This document shows positions 34,618 to 44,768 of a DNA stretch of 64,000 nucleotides, one piece after another. The position numbers and the translations under genes are program-made. The DNA comes from Candidatus Kerfeldbacteria bacterium. Its GTDB lineage: Bacteria; Patescibacteriota; Patescibacteriia; SBBC01; CAIJZX01. Below the pieces are notes generated by a model, which did not search any database, was not told the origin of the DNA, and saw only the letters and a program-made list of their open reading frames with translations. The stretch covers positions 564,257-628,256 of the forward strand of contig CAVSWO010000002.1 of the NCBI GenBank assembly GCA_963731735.1, read 5' to 3'. Within the stretch, counting starts at the first letter, position 1; each line of letters begins with the position of its first letter.

Positions 34618-35217
34618 ATGGGCACGGTCCTGACAAAGAAAATTAGTTTTTGGTTGGTGGTAGCGCTGTTACTCGGATGGGGAGCGTTGGGGTTGCTTTT
34701 GATTCAGTCCTCAAAAGAGCTGCTCCAGGCGCAACTGACCTATGATGGCAATGCCACCTCGCTGCCGCGCGGCGTCAGCTTGCAACTCCAAGTTGATAAG
34801 AATGTCTACGGAGCGAATGAGACCGTCCTGATCTCCCTGCGGAACGACAGCCGGAAAGACGTCTGGCTGGCGGAACGGGCGAATGGCTGCAATGGCACCT
34901 GGTGGGAATTAGAACAACTAACCAATAGCGAGACTTGGACGCCGGTGGCAATCCAACGCCAGGACTGTGTTGACCTGACCTACGGGCTGAATGCCTTTGC
35001 GCGGCACAGTGTCAAAACCGACAGCTGGAATGGTTTAATTCAAACCGATGCACTCGGGAGCACTTTTGCACCGGCCCCGACCGGTACCTACCGGATCGCC
35101 GTGCCGTTTCTGCATGGCCAAGACCCGTCCGAAAGCGATTGGCTGGCCAGCGACGCGGTGGCGGCCGTTTCATCGGCCTTTACCTATGGGGCGGAAAACC
35201 CCGATACCAGCTCCTGA
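34618..35217 (+). CDS. Membrane-anchored Ig-like domain protein
   Basis: N-terminal TM; DKNVYGANETV.I.L.N...W...APTGTYRI. Confidence 0.75.
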   Translation: MGTVLTKKISFWLVVALLLGWGALGLLLIQSSKELLQAQLTYDGNATSLPRGVSLQLQVDKNVYGANETVLISLRNDSRKDVWLAERANGCNGTWWELEQLTNSETWTPVAIQRQDCVDLTYGLNAFARHSVKTDSWNGLIQTDALGSTFAPAPTGTYRIAVPFLHGQDPSESDWLASDAVAAVSSAFTYGAENPDTSS

Positions 35218-35257
35218 AACAAACTCCAGGCGTGTGTCGTAATAGTAATGCGTACGT

Positions 35258-36439
35258 ATGGCTGAATTACCTTCCCCTCAACCCAAAATCTCGATTCCAA
35301 CTCTGATTACGCCAATCGTAGCGCTGAGCGTTTTGCTGGGCGCGGCGGCTGGCGGCGTGACCGGGTATGTAGTGGTGCATCAGCAACACCCGACGGGCAA
35401 TGTTAACAGTGGCCAAGCGACCGCCCTGTCGGTCAAGGAAGATTCGGCCACGGTCGACGTGGTCAAAGAGACACTGCCGGCAGTCGTGACGGTAGTGGCC
35501 ACCAAAGACTTGTCGAAAGTCCAACAGCCACTTTCACCATTTGATCAATTTTTCGGTATTCAAACGCCCTCCGGTCCGCAGGAAATCGGCCAAGGCGCCG
35601 GCTTTATTGTTGATGCCAACGGGTTAATTGTAACCAATAAACACGTGATTAGCGACGACCAGGCGCAATATTCAGTGGTCTTGTCGGACGGCCGATCATT
35701 TGATGCCGAGGTTAAAGCCAAAGATCCGTCGAATGATGTCGCGATTTTGAAAATTGACGCAACCGACTTACCGACCCTGACGCTCGGGGATTCTGATCCA
35801 GTCTCAATCGGCCAGACGGTCATCGCGATTGGCAATCCGCTGCGATTTACGAGCACCGTTACGAAAGGTATTATCTCCGGCAAGTCACGAACGATTACCG
35901 CCAGCGACGGCAGCGGCCAGGCTGAAACGTTGGAAGATGTCTTTCAAACTGACGCGGCGATTAATCCGGGAAATTCCGGCGGTCCGTTGATTGATTTAAC
36001 CGGTCACGCGATCGCAGTCAATACGGCGGTCAGCCAACAAGGGCAGTTGATTGGCTTCGCCATCCCGATTAACGTCATCAAGAATGATCTCACGTCGTTT
36101 TCGCAGCAGGGGAAAATCGTTCGTCCGTTGCTGGGCGTACGGTATGTCCCAATCACCAAAGATTTGGCCAGCCAAGAAAAATTGCCGGTCGACCAGGGCG
36201 CCTACATTCAACCCGGGCAAAATAATGAGCCGGCCGTCCTGTCTGATTCGCCGGCATCGCAAGCGGGTATCAAAGAAGGGGACATCATCACCAAGGTCAA
36301 TGGTGATGCAATTACCGAGGAACATTCCCTGGCCGGCTTGCTGACTAAGTATGCACCCGGCGACACGATTACCTTAACGGTCTTGCGGGACGGAAAAACC
36401 AGCGAAATTAAAGTTACGCTGACGCAACGCGATCAGTAA
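35258..36439 (+). CDS. htrA: HtrA/DegP-family serine protease with one PDZ domain
   Basis: TNKHV, DVAILKI, QTDAAINPGNSGGPL, LLGVRY...SPASQAGIKEGDII. Confidence 0.93.
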   Translation: MAELPSPQPKISIPTLITPIVALSVLLGAAAGGVTGYVVVHQQHPTGNVNSGQATALSVKEDSATVDVVKETLPAVVTVVATKDLSKVQQPLSPFDQFFGIQTPSGPQEIGQGAGFIVDANGLIVTNKHVISDDQAQYSVVLSDGRSFDAEVKAKDPSNDVAILKIDATDLPTLTLGDSDPVSIGQTVIAIGNPLRFTSTVTKGIISGKSRTITASDGSGQAETLEDVFQTDAAINPGNSGGPLIDLTGHAIAVNTAVSQQGQLIGFAIPINVIKNDLTSFSQQGKIVRPLLGVRYVPITKDLASQEKLPVDQGAYIQPGQNNEPAVLSDSPASQAGIKEGDIITKVNGDAITEEHSLAGLLTKYAPGDTITLTVLRDGKTSEIKVTLTQRDQ

Positions 36440-36490
36440 CAGGTTGCCAAACAGCTGAATTTATGCTAGAATACGTCCATACCTGACCGT

Positions 36491-37927
36491 ATGGCTCGTT
36501 CGCGTAACACAAAAGACAAGCAAATATCGCTCAAACCGCCGACGACATTTCCGTCGACCCATCCACATCACTGGGTGCTTTTATCGTTGGCTTTACTGAT
36601 GGTGACCAGTTTGGCCGGATTGGCCAACTATTATGGCCAGCGTATTTTACCGGGGACGCGAATTGGGGTCATCCCGGTGGGCGGCCTGACCGTGGCTGAT
36701 GCTCGTGCTCGGGTGGAAAATATTTTAAGCCAACAAACGGTTACCTTGACGTATGCCACGCAAACCTGGAATCCGACTTGGAAACAATTGGGTGTACTGT
36801 ATGACGTCAGGCCGGCCGTGACCGAGGCCTATAGCCTTGGACGTTGGGCCCCGCTGACCAGCTGGTGGAAACACTTAGTCTTCCGTGAACCGATTGCTTT
36901 GAGTTACGCCTGGTCCAACGATATGCTGACACCGTATTTGGCGAATATCAGCGCCGCCATTGGCGAACCGCCGATGGCGCCGACCGTCAGTTATGCCGAT
37001 GGGACCTTTACGGTTTCAAAAGAACAGGCCGGTGTCGTGATTGATGACGACGATTTCCAAGACGCGTTACGGACTTGGGCCGAAACTGGATCGCATACGA
37101 ACTACAGTCTCCATCCAGCCGTCACCTTTCCGCAGGTCAGCCAAGCCGACTACGCCGATGCGGTTCAGCAGGCCGAAGCCCTGGTAGCGACACCCAAGAC
37201 CGTCACGGCGGCCGATCAAACATTTACGATTGACCAAACAACACTGGCCAGCTGGCTGGACTTTTCGGTCACCGGTCCGCATCAGGTTACGTTGCAAGTC
37301 AATAATTCAGCCGTTGGATCATGGTTGCTTTCGATCGCGAAAGAAGTCAACATCGATCCGATTCCGAAAGAAGTCTTGCTGAGTCAAAATCGGGAAGACG
37401 ATTTATCGAACGGACAAGACGGACGAGCGATTGATATTTCAGCGGCGGTTGCGACGCTTGAACCGGCGGTGCTCGGGGCCAGCACGGCCATCGAGGTACC
37501 GGTCAAGACGGTCCCAGCCGAAGTCGATTATGCGAGCGCGCCGCCGGCGCCGATCAGCCAAGGCAAGGTGATTGCCGTCGATATCACCAAGCAGTGGGAG
37601 TATGTCTATCAAGATAATATCCTCGTCTATTCGTCGGCCGTCTCAACCGGGATTAATGACTGGACGCCGACCGGAACGTTTCATGTGTATGCCAAGACCA
37701 AAAAACAGAAGATGTCGGGCCCGGGGTATTATGTGCCGAACGTACCGAACATCTTGTGGTTCAAAGGGGACTATTCAATTCACGGCGTCTACTGGCACCA
37801 TGACTTTGGCATCCGCCCGCGTTCCCACGGTTGCGTGGGCATGCCGCTCGATCAGGCGGCCTGGCTGTTTGACTGGGCACCCGTCGGCACACCGATTGTC
37901 ATCTACAAATCTTCCCATTCCGCCTAG
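36491..37927 (+). CDS. L,D-transpeptidase (YkuD) with PG-binding-4 region
   Basis: TM; VSTG...TPTGTF; SIHGVYWH...SHGCV. Confidence 0.92.
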   Translation: MARSRNTKDKQISLKPPTTFPSTHPHHWVLLSLALLMVTSLAGLANYYGQRILPGTRIGVIPVGGLTVADARARVENILSQQTVTLTYATQTWNPTWKQLGVLYDVRPAVTEAYSLGRWAPLTSWWKHLVFREPIALSYAWSNDMLTPYLANISAAIGEPPMAPTVSYADGTFTVSKEQAGVVIDDDDFQDALRTWAETGSHTNYSLHPAVTFPQVSQADYADAVQQAEALVATPKTVTAADQTFTIDQTTLASWLDFSVTGPHQVTLQVNNSAVGSWLLSIAKEVNIDPIPKEVLLSQNREDDLSNGQDGRAIDISAAVATLEPAVLGASTAIEVPVKTVPAEVDYASAPPAPISQGKVIAVDITKQWEYVYQDNILVYSSAVSTGINDWTPTGTFHVYAKTKKQKMSGPGYYVPNVPNILWFKGDYSIHGVYWHHDFGIRPRSHGCVGMPLDQAAWLFDWAPVGTPIVIYKSSHSA

Positions 37928-37977
37928 AATATGGTAGAATCTAAACGGTCGAAAATTTATACACATACGAAAATACA

Positions 37978-38142
37978 ATGCCAAATCCAATGATGGCCCC
38001 ACAACCAGGGAACGGAATGAAGCCTGGTATGGGCATGAAGAAGTCCGGTCGCAACCCGTTTTTCGGGGTGATGCCGATCGCGATCATGTCACTCTCAGTG
38101 GTGGTTTTTCTGCTGCTGATTTACATCGCAGTCACTCAGTAA
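37978..38142 (+). CDS. 54-aa single-TM microprotein (absent from the ORF track)
   Basis: MPNPMMAPQPGNGMKPGMGMKKSGRNPFFGVMPIAIMSLSVVVFLLLIYIAVTQ; TGGTAGAAT -10 upstream; fills the intergenic gap. Confidence 0.7.
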   Translation: MPNPMMAPQPGNGMKPGMGMKKSGRNPFFGVMPIAIMSLSVVVFLLLIYIAVTQ

Positions 38143-38161
38143 GTAGTAACGCCTAACGATT

Positions 38162-39235
38162 ATGCGACGACAAGGTACCACGGCCCTGACGCCGGTTTTG
38201 ATTACGTTCATCTCGATTGCCGCTTTTGTGTTGGTGATGTGGTTCGCGTTGGATAAATCCAATACCAACACTAACGCTAATCCGACCAATACGAACGCCG
38301 CTGGAAATAGCCTGACCAATTCCGACACCGCGAATGTGAATGATACACCGGTTGCGAATACCAATGCCGATGGGAATGCCAATACGAACACCGATACATC
38401 CAATTCGAGCTACTTCGAGATTTCGGAATGGGGCGTCGAGTTCCCTGCGCCGGTCGGAACGACTTATGTGTACGCAATGGATCCAGGCAACTCCATTGCG
38501 AAATTTTCGACTTCTAGCCTAGAGTCGCACGACTATTGCACTGCCGATCAAAGCGCAATAGGTACCATCTCGCGTTATTCCTCGCCACCAACCACAGGAC
38601 CACTCAGTTCCCAAACGCCAATTGCCATTGGTGATTGGTATTATTATTATCAATCGCCACAAGCAACGTGTTCTGATGACGCGACGATTACGAGTCAACA
38701 AACCGCGGCCATTTCTATGCTCCGCACAAATTTTTCTAACCTGAAGAGTATTAATGACCCAACCGCTGGATGGCAAACCTTCACTTCGAGCACCTTAAAT
38801 ATTACGATGAAATATCCAGACACCTACTTTGTGCAAAGCAATCAATTTGGTGTCACGGATCCGATGCAGGCGAACGCCCTGTTCTTTCGTAAGACTTCCG
38901 ATGATTATTCTGGTGTTCCAAGTCTAGATATTTCTACGAGCCTAACATTAGCCAGCGGACAAAATCTCCAGCAGCTTGCCCAGTCAATCTACGACAGCAA
39001 CCACGCAAAAGATTATTCAACCACATCGCTGACCACAACTTCTTATGATGGCAACACAGCCTATGAATTTGGTTTGCAAACTGGATACACGGATCCTAAT
39101 GGTGGCCGCTTACTTGACGCGGCTGGAGGTAAGGTAGTGATTTTGCAACAGGCTGGTACGATTTTCACGTTTTTGCAGACTGGCACTGATTCCGTCCTGG
39201 CACAAATTTTGCAAAGTCTTAAGTTTCAATCATAA
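38162..39235 (+). CDS. Membrane-anchored surface protein, Asn-rich linker, PsbP-like domains
   Basis: RRQG + hydrophobic N-terminus; NTNAN repeats; GWQTFTS...ITMKYP and QILQSLKF motifs. Confidence 0.8.
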   Translation: MRRQGTTALTPVLITFISIAAFVLVMWFALDKSNTNTNANPTNTNAAGNSLTNSDTANVNDTPVANTNADGNANTNTDTSNSSYFEISEWGVEFPAPVGTTYVYAMDPGNSIAKFSTSSLESHDYCTADQSAIGTISRYSSPPTTGPLSSQTPIAIGDWYYYYQSPQATCSDDATITSQQTAAISMLRTNFSNLKSINDPTAGWQTFTSSTLNITMKYPDTYFVQSNQFGVTDPMQANALFFRKTSDDYSGVPSLDISTSLTLASGQNLQQLAQSIYDSNHAKDYSTTSLTTTSYDGNTAYEFGLQTGYTDPNGGRLLDAAGGKVVILQQAGTIFTFLQTGTDSVLAQILQSLKFQS

Positions 39236-39237
39236 AA

Positions 39238-40560
39238 ATGCATTTGCGCCGCGGCTCAACATCACTCATTCCGGTTCTGGCCACATTTTTCTCCGTGGCC
39301 GCCTTTGTGTTGGTGATGTGGTTCGCGTTGCCGAAGCATGACGCGACGGTAAAAGAAAACGCGAATACGACGGTTATTTCGAACACCAATCTCGCAAACA
39401 CTTCTCCGGCTGAAACGTCGAATGAAAACACCAATCTAGCCGAAGAAATTGCGCCTAGCTATAACTCCCCGACAGGTCCGTTTACCGTCAGTACCGCAAA
39501 AATTTTAGCCACGGCGTTTCGCCGGTCAAATGACCAGCTGGTAACCCATCTATTGAAAGTTGATGTGACGACAGGCAATACGTCAACCGAAGCCTCATTA
39601 CGGACACCAGATATTCAAGCGGCGGCCGGGTTACCGGCTTTGCCAAACAGTCCGAACCTGGTTCGATTCGGCACCGATGGTGACAGCATCGTCTTCGTCG
39701 CCAATGTGAGCAACCCGCCGGCGGTTGGAATTTACCGTACCAGTTTTTCAGATTCTACCAAAATTGAAACGCTGGTGCAGTATGATCAGAACAATCTGTA
39801 CAATGATGACATTCCAACTATCAGCGACTTACGGTTTCATGCCGAGACGAATACCGTCGCGTTTGTTATCGCCGGACAAGCGGATACGGACAACAATGAC
39901 CTCATGGTCATGAATGCCCTAGATAAACATGTCCGTAAACTTACAAGCTATCCGAATGCACCGGCCCTGGTGGGGTTCCCTGGCAATGGCGCGCAAGTTG
40001 AAGTGCTGTGGCAAGATGTCCAAAAGAACAGTGACAGTCCGATCGGAAAATGGCAGATGGACCAGATTCGACTGAGCGATGATCAGGTTGTAAAAACCAC
40101 CCTGGTCATAGATGAAGGCGCCGTCGGACAGGATGTGTATTTAACCGGAGACAATATTTCTCCGAATAATAATTTGGTTGGTACCAGCGTCTACGCCAAA
40201 GATCAGCGGAAAACTTCGTTATGGTTCCGGAACCTGGCTGACGGCCAAGTTACCGCCCTTTTTCCCGATGGCTATTATGGTGGCAATTTCATCTGGGCGC
40301 CTGATTCGGGCAAGATTGTCTATCAGACAAATAGTACGGGAATCCTTTTTGACCTCGCTAAAGCCAAGGTTGGTGAAATAAAAAACTTTGGCTCGGGGGT
40401 ACTGTGGTATCCGGGCCCATACCTCATTTACTCGGATACCAGCGGAGATTTTTACAGTTATTCGATATCTTCGGGTAAGAGCGTGAAACTGGCTGACCTT
40501 AACCCGTCATACGGATATGGCAGCGGGGGTTTACTGGGAAAAGACTGGGTGAATCGATAA
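39238..40560 (+). CDS. Membrane-anchored surface protein, probable TolB-like beta-propeller
   Basis: N-terminus near-identical to previous gene; ISPNNNLV and WAPDSGKIVY blade motifs. Confidence 0.75.
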   Translation: MHLRRGSTSLIPVLATFFSVAAFVLVMWFALPKHDATVKENANTTVISNTNLANTSPAETSNENTNLAEEIAPSYNSPTGPFTVSTAKILATAFRRSNDQLVTHLLKVDVTTGNTSTEASLRTPDIQAAAGLPALPNSPNLVRFGTDGDSIVFVANVSNPPAVGIYRTSFSDSTKIETLVQYDQNNLYNDDIPTISDLRFHAETNTVAFVIAGQADTDNNDLMVMNALDKHVRKLTSYPNAPALVGFPGNGAQVEVLWQDVQKNSDSPIGKWQMDQIRLSDDQVVKTTLVIDEGAVGQDVYLTGDNISPNNNLVGTSVYAKDQRKTSLWFRNLADGQVTALFPDGYYGGNFIWAPDSGKIVYQTNSTGILFDLAKAKVGEIKNFGSGVLWYPGPYLIYSDTSGDFYSYSISSGKSVKLADLNPSYGYGSGGLLGKDWVNR

Positions 40561-40561
40561 C

Positions 40562-40888
40562 ATGCGCCGAGAACCAATCTGGCTGATGCCAATCCTGGTC
40601 GGGATTGGGTTGGTTATCGTCCTCGGCGGTACCTGGGCATTTTTCGGCCGCCAGGCAACGAACCTGACCACGCAGCCGGTGGCCTGTTCGCGTGAAGCAA
40701 AAATTTGTCCGGACGGATCAACGGTTGGGCGAGCCGGACCGGATTGTGCCTTTACCCTCTGTCCGGACGAGATCCAGATTACCAACTTTGCGGAATGCGC
40801 CGCGGCCGGCTATCAAATTACCGAGTCGTCGCCCCGACAATGTAGCGCGAACCACCAGACATTTGTCGAGCAAACGACTAATCGCTAA
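40562..40888 (+). CDS. Membrane-anchored Cys-rich protein (5' part of a probably frameshifted gene)
   Basis: TM; ACSREAKICPDGSTVGRAGPDCAFTLCP and ITNFAECAAAGY..ESSPRQC modules. Confidence 0.8.
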   Translation: MRREPIWLMPILVGIGLVIVLGGTWAFFGRQATNLTTQPVACSREAKICPDGSTVGRAGPDCAFTLCPDEIQITNFAECAAAGYQITESSPRQCSANHQTFVEQTTNR

Positions 40889-41171
40889 TCTCTCGAAACA
40901 GCCGGTCGCCAAAGACGGCTGCCTGATCACCGGGTGCAGCGGTCAAGTTTGCAGCCGCCAGCCGGTTACCACTGACTGTACCTATACAGCTGCCTACGCC
41001 TGTTACCAAACAGCTTTTGCGGTTTGTGCCCAGCAATCCGACGGCCAATGCGGTTGGACGCAAAATGATGGACTGGTGGCCTGCCTGCAAGCTCACGGCG
41101 GGTACACCACCAACGGGCAAGTCTTAGGCAGCGAAGATATCGGGATACAGTCCGGGACCGTCAAATATTGA
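40884..41171 (+). pseudogene. Out-of-frame Cys-cluster domain, probable 3' part of 40562..40888
   Basis: CLITGCSGQVCS...TTDC...ACY...CAQQSDGQCGW in the +1 frame, lacking its own signal peptide; CTAATC-G-CTAATC duplication at the junction. Confidence 0.6.
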
Positions 41172-41205
41172 ACTTGACCCACAAGTCTGCTAGACTCCGG
41201 GCGTG

Positions 41206-42328
41206 ATGCAAGATCTCGTAAAACGTCTGGACCACCTCCGGGAGCGCCTTGAAGCTTCTCGGAGGTTACTTTGACCTCGGTCAGAAGCAGCAACAGGTAG
41301 GTGAACTTGAGGAGGCGATGAGTCAGCCGGATTTTTGGTCTGATCGAGCGCAAGCGGAAAAACAGAGTAAGCGCCTAAGCGATCTCAAAGCTGAGGTTGA
41401 AGCTTGGGGAACCATCGAGAAAGATTTAACCGCCTGGTCGGAGTTAGCCGCAATCGCGGAAGATTCGCAGCGTTCGGAAGTCGAGCGGCATGTGCAGGAA
41501 CTTGAGGAGCGGTGGTCGCAGCTTGAGCTGTCCGTTTTATTGCATCAGCCGTATGATGACCGCAACGCCATCTTGGCGGTTCACGCGGGAGCGGGCGGAA
41601 CGGATGCGCAGGACTGGACGGCGATGTTGCTCCGGATGTTTTTACGATTCTGCGAACAGCGGGGCTGGCGGACTCGGGTGGTGGACGAATCGCGCGGTGG
41701 TGAGGCTGGCTTGAAAAGCGCGACGGTTGAAGTGCGGGGACGCAATGCCTACGGATATCTCAAAAGCGAAGCGGGTGTCCACCGGTTGGTTCGAATTTCA
41801 CCTTTCGACGCCGAGGGCATGCGCCACACTTCATTTGCTCTGGTGGAAGTCGTGCCGGAACTGGAAGAGGTTGATGAGGAGGTGACGATTGATCCGAAAG
41901 ATCTGCGGATTGATACGTTCCTGGCCTCGGGACACGGCGGGCAGGGCGTCCAGACGACCTACTCGGCTGTCCGAGTGGTTCACCTGCCAACCAAAATTAC
42001 GGTCTCGGTTCAGAATGAACGCAGCCAGCAACAAAACAAAGAAACCGCCCTGAAAATCTTGAAGGCCAAACTGCATCAGATTGAAATCGAAAAACAGGAA
42101 GCTGAAAAATCACAGCTCCGCGGCGAGTATCATGAAGCGGCCTGGGGGAATCAAATTCGTTCTTACGTGATGCAACCGTACCGGCTGGTCAAAGACCATC
42201 GCACCAAGCACGAAACAGCCCAGGTGGAAAAAGTATTGGATGGTGACCTGTTAGGATTTGTTGAAAGTTATTTGCGCTGGAACGCTGAAGGCCGACCGAA
42301 GCGGACGAGTAACGACCAAGACGACTAG
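41206..42328 (+). CDS. prfB: Peptide chain release factor 2 with programmed +1 frameshift
   Basis: Frame 0 MQDLVKRLDHLRERLEASRRLL ends at CTT-TGA-C (41269-41275) with GGAGG 3 nt upstream; +1 frame has SPF, GGQ and WGNQIRSY. Confidence 0.97.
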
Positions 42329-42331
42329 GAA

Positions 42332-42360
42332 TTGACAATCCCAGAATATTTCGCTATTCT
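42332..42360 (+). promoter_or_regulatory. sigma70-like promoter of comEC
   Basis: TTGACA-17 nt-TATTCT. Confidence 0.6.
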
Positions 42361-42390
42361 GGTGCCACAAACTTGGTGGCGGAGCAACTT

Positions 42391-43794
42391 ATGCCTCGGT
42401 CGTTTTTATTTGCAGCCCTGATTGGTTTTTGCGGCGGGATTGTCCTGGCCGAATTTTGGCGTGCCTCGACGTTGATGATACTGGCTGCGCTCATGATCGC
42501 AATCGGGCTGTCATGGAGTCGACGCTGGCGGTTCGGCAGCATCTTGATTGTCGCCTGTCTGATTGGCCTGCTGCGATGGCAAGGCTGGATCGTCCCAACC
42601 ACAAACGACCTGACGCAGTTCACCAATCAAACCATTCTCGTCCAAGGCGATGTGCTCGACAGCCCGACTCCGCGGGAGTCGCAACAGGAGTTTGTGCTGA
42701 CACAGATTTGGGTTGACGGTCAACGCCAAACCGGCAGCTTGTCGGTGCGGTTACCGCAGTATCCGGCGGTGTTAATCGGCGACCGGTTGACGCTTGGATG
42801 TACGGTTACACCGTTTAGTGCCGTCAGCGCCTTACGGCAACGGATGCACGGATTGCGGGGGTATTGCCGCAATCCAGAAATTCGGGGTCGCGCCACCGCT
42901 CCGAACAGCCTCCGTTTGATGCTCGGCCGGATCAAGCAATTCGCCATAGACCGTATCGCCCGGACCTTTCCTGAACCGCAATCTTCGTTACTGACCGGAA
43001 TTCTGCTCGGCCGTCAGGTGCCGATGCCGCCGGATATCGATCAAGCGTTTCGTGCCACCGGCACCACGCACATTATCGCGCTGTCCGGTTTCAACGTTAC
43101 CATGATAATCACCGCAATTTCCGCGGCCTGTATTAAGATCATCGGCCGGCGCTGGGCCTGGTTGCCGGCCCTGCTATTCGTAATCGGCTTCGTGATCATG
43201 ACCGGCGCTTCGGCTTCGGTGACGCGGGCGGGGGTGATGTCGAGTTTTGTGGTTGTCGCTCTACGGATTGGCCGGCCAGTCTCGATGGTGCGGCTACTGA
43301 GTTATACCTTACTGGCCATGGTTTGGCATAATCCGCTGGTGCTGGCGCATGATTTGGGATTTCAATTGTCCTTTTTGGCGACCCTGGGCTTGGTGTACGC
43401 CGCGCCAGCCTGGCAAACCTGGTTGGCGCGGCTGCCGGCCGCGCTTGGCATCCGCGAGAATTTCAGCACCACCCTGGGCGCGATTACGCTCACCGACCCG
43501 CTGCTGCTCTGGAATTTTGCACGGGTATCGATGGTTGCGCCGCTGGTCAACGTAATAATTTTACCGCTGATTCCGTTGGCCATGGCAGCCGGATTTATTG
43601 CCCTGGCATTGCCGGTCCTCTGGCCGTTCGCGGACGCCGTTTTGCGATTGGTGCTGGCCTGTATTACCTGGGGCGCGGCCTTGCCAGTGGCTACCCGCCA
43701 AGTCAGCGGCGCCGTGGCGGCTATGGTTGGATTGGGCGTGACTTTGATCGCGACCTTGAGTATCCGAAAAACACATGTCTTGGCGTCGCGCTAG
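42391..43794 (+). CDS. comEC: ComEC/Rec2 competence membrane domain protein
   Basis: LTGILLG, TGTTHIIALSGFNV, SVTRAGVM, DLGFQLSFLATLG. Confidence 0.92.
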   Translation: MPRSFLFAALIGFCGGIVLAEFWRASTLMILAALMIAIGLSWSRRWRFGSILIVACLIGLLRWQGWIVPTTNDLTQFTNQTILVQGDVLDSPTPRESQQEFVLTQIWVDGQRQTGSLSVRLPQYPAVLIGDRLTLGCTVTPFSAVSALRQRMHGLRGYCRNPEIRGRATAPNSLRLMLGRIKQFAIDRIARTFPEPQSSLLTGILLGRQVPMPPDIDQAFRATGTTHIIALSGFNVTMIITAISAACIKIIGRRWAWLPALLFVIGFVIMTGASASVTRAGVMSSFVVVALRIGRPVSMVRLLSYTLLAMVWHNPLVLAHDLGFQLSFLATLGLVYAAPAWQTWLARLPAALGIRENFSTTLGAITLTDPLLLWNFARVSMVAPLVNVIILPLIPLAMAAGFIALALPVLWPFADAVLRLVLACITWGAALPVATRQVSGAVAAMVGLGVTLIATLSIRKTHVLASR

Positions 43795-44650
43795 CCTGAT
43801 AGGGGCAATCCTCCTGGGGTTGTGTGTCGGCGGCTGGTTTGTGTTGGCCAACCATCCGCCAGCCGGTGCACCTGCGTGCAAATTTATCGTCCTTGATGTC
43901 GGCCAGGGAGACGCCCTGCTACTGCAAACGCCCGACGGAAATGACATGTTGGTTGATGGGGGACCGAGCGCACAAGTGGTTGAGTTGCTTCCAAAATATT
44001 TAGGTCCGGGTAATAATGATTTGGAATTGGTAGTCTTAACCCATCCGGATAGCGATCATTTACGCGGCCTGGTATCGGTGATAGAACGCTTCAAAATTAC
44101 CACCCTGCTGGCGAGTGATGTTTCAAATCCGACCGCCCTATATCATGCCTGGCAACAAGGATTGCATACGCAAGGACTCCAACCGCAACTTGTCCATCAG
44201 GGCCAGCAATTTCAATTGGGAAAATATCTGCATCTGACGGTACTATGGCCGCCACCCGGATCAGGTTGGAAAGTGAGTGGGGCGGGCACACCGACCAATG
44301 ACGGATCAGTCAGTCTGCATGTGACTTGTGCCGGCAGCACAATTACCATGACCGGCGATGCTTCGAGCGCGGTGGAAGACCGGATAATCGCCAGCGGCCT
44401 CGACATCCATTCCAGTTTGCTCAAAGTCGGCCATCACGGTTCACGGACTTCCTCGAGTCACGCCTACCTGCAAGCGGTCCATCCCGATTTGGCGGTGATT
44501 TCGGTGGGGGCGGAAAATCGTTACGGTCATCCGCACCCGACTACCCTTCGTCGTTTTGCGTATTTCCACATTCGGGTGCTTCGGACGGACCAACGTGGTA
44601 CGATTGTACTTGTTACTGATGGGCACGGGGGTTGGCGCATCCAACCTTGA
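43775..44650 (+). CDS. ComEC-associated metallo-beta-lactamase-fold hydrolase (split ComEC C-domain)
   Basis: LDVGQGDA, LVDGG, THPDSDH, KVGHHGS, NRYGHPH, RTDQRG. Confidence 0.92.
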   Translation: MSWRRASLIGAILLGLCVGGWFVLANHPPAGAPACKFIVLDVGQGDALLLQTPDGNDMLVDGGPSAQVVELLPKYLGPGNNDLELVVLTHPDSDHLRGLVSVIERFKITTLLASDVSNPTALYHAWQQGLHTQGLQPQLVHQGQQFQLGKYLHLTVLWPPPGSGWKVSGAGTPTNDGSVSLHVTCAGSTITMTGDASSAVEDRIIASGLDIHSSLLKVGHHGSRTSSSHAYLQAVHPDLAVISVGAENRYGHPHPTTLRRFAYFHIRVLRTDQRGTIVLVTDGHGGWRIQP

Positions 44651-44675
44651 CAAAATGAGCAAACTATGGTAGTTT
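44647..44675 (+). promoter_or_regulatory. sigma70-like promoter of the SPFH operon
   Basis: TTGACA-17 nt-TAGTTT with extended TG. Confidence 0.55.
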
Positions 44676-44768
44676 GCTCGGTCAATGCTACGCACGTTCT
44701 TGTTGAATTCATAGCTATTTGACAACACATAACTCAAGCAACTCTCGCGAAGAGAGGAGGAGAGGTCA

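Noticed and set aside
42391-44650. Split comEC as a pseudogene
   Set aside because: Second ORF has its own start and TM/signal with intact motifs; two-gene ComEC arrangements are common
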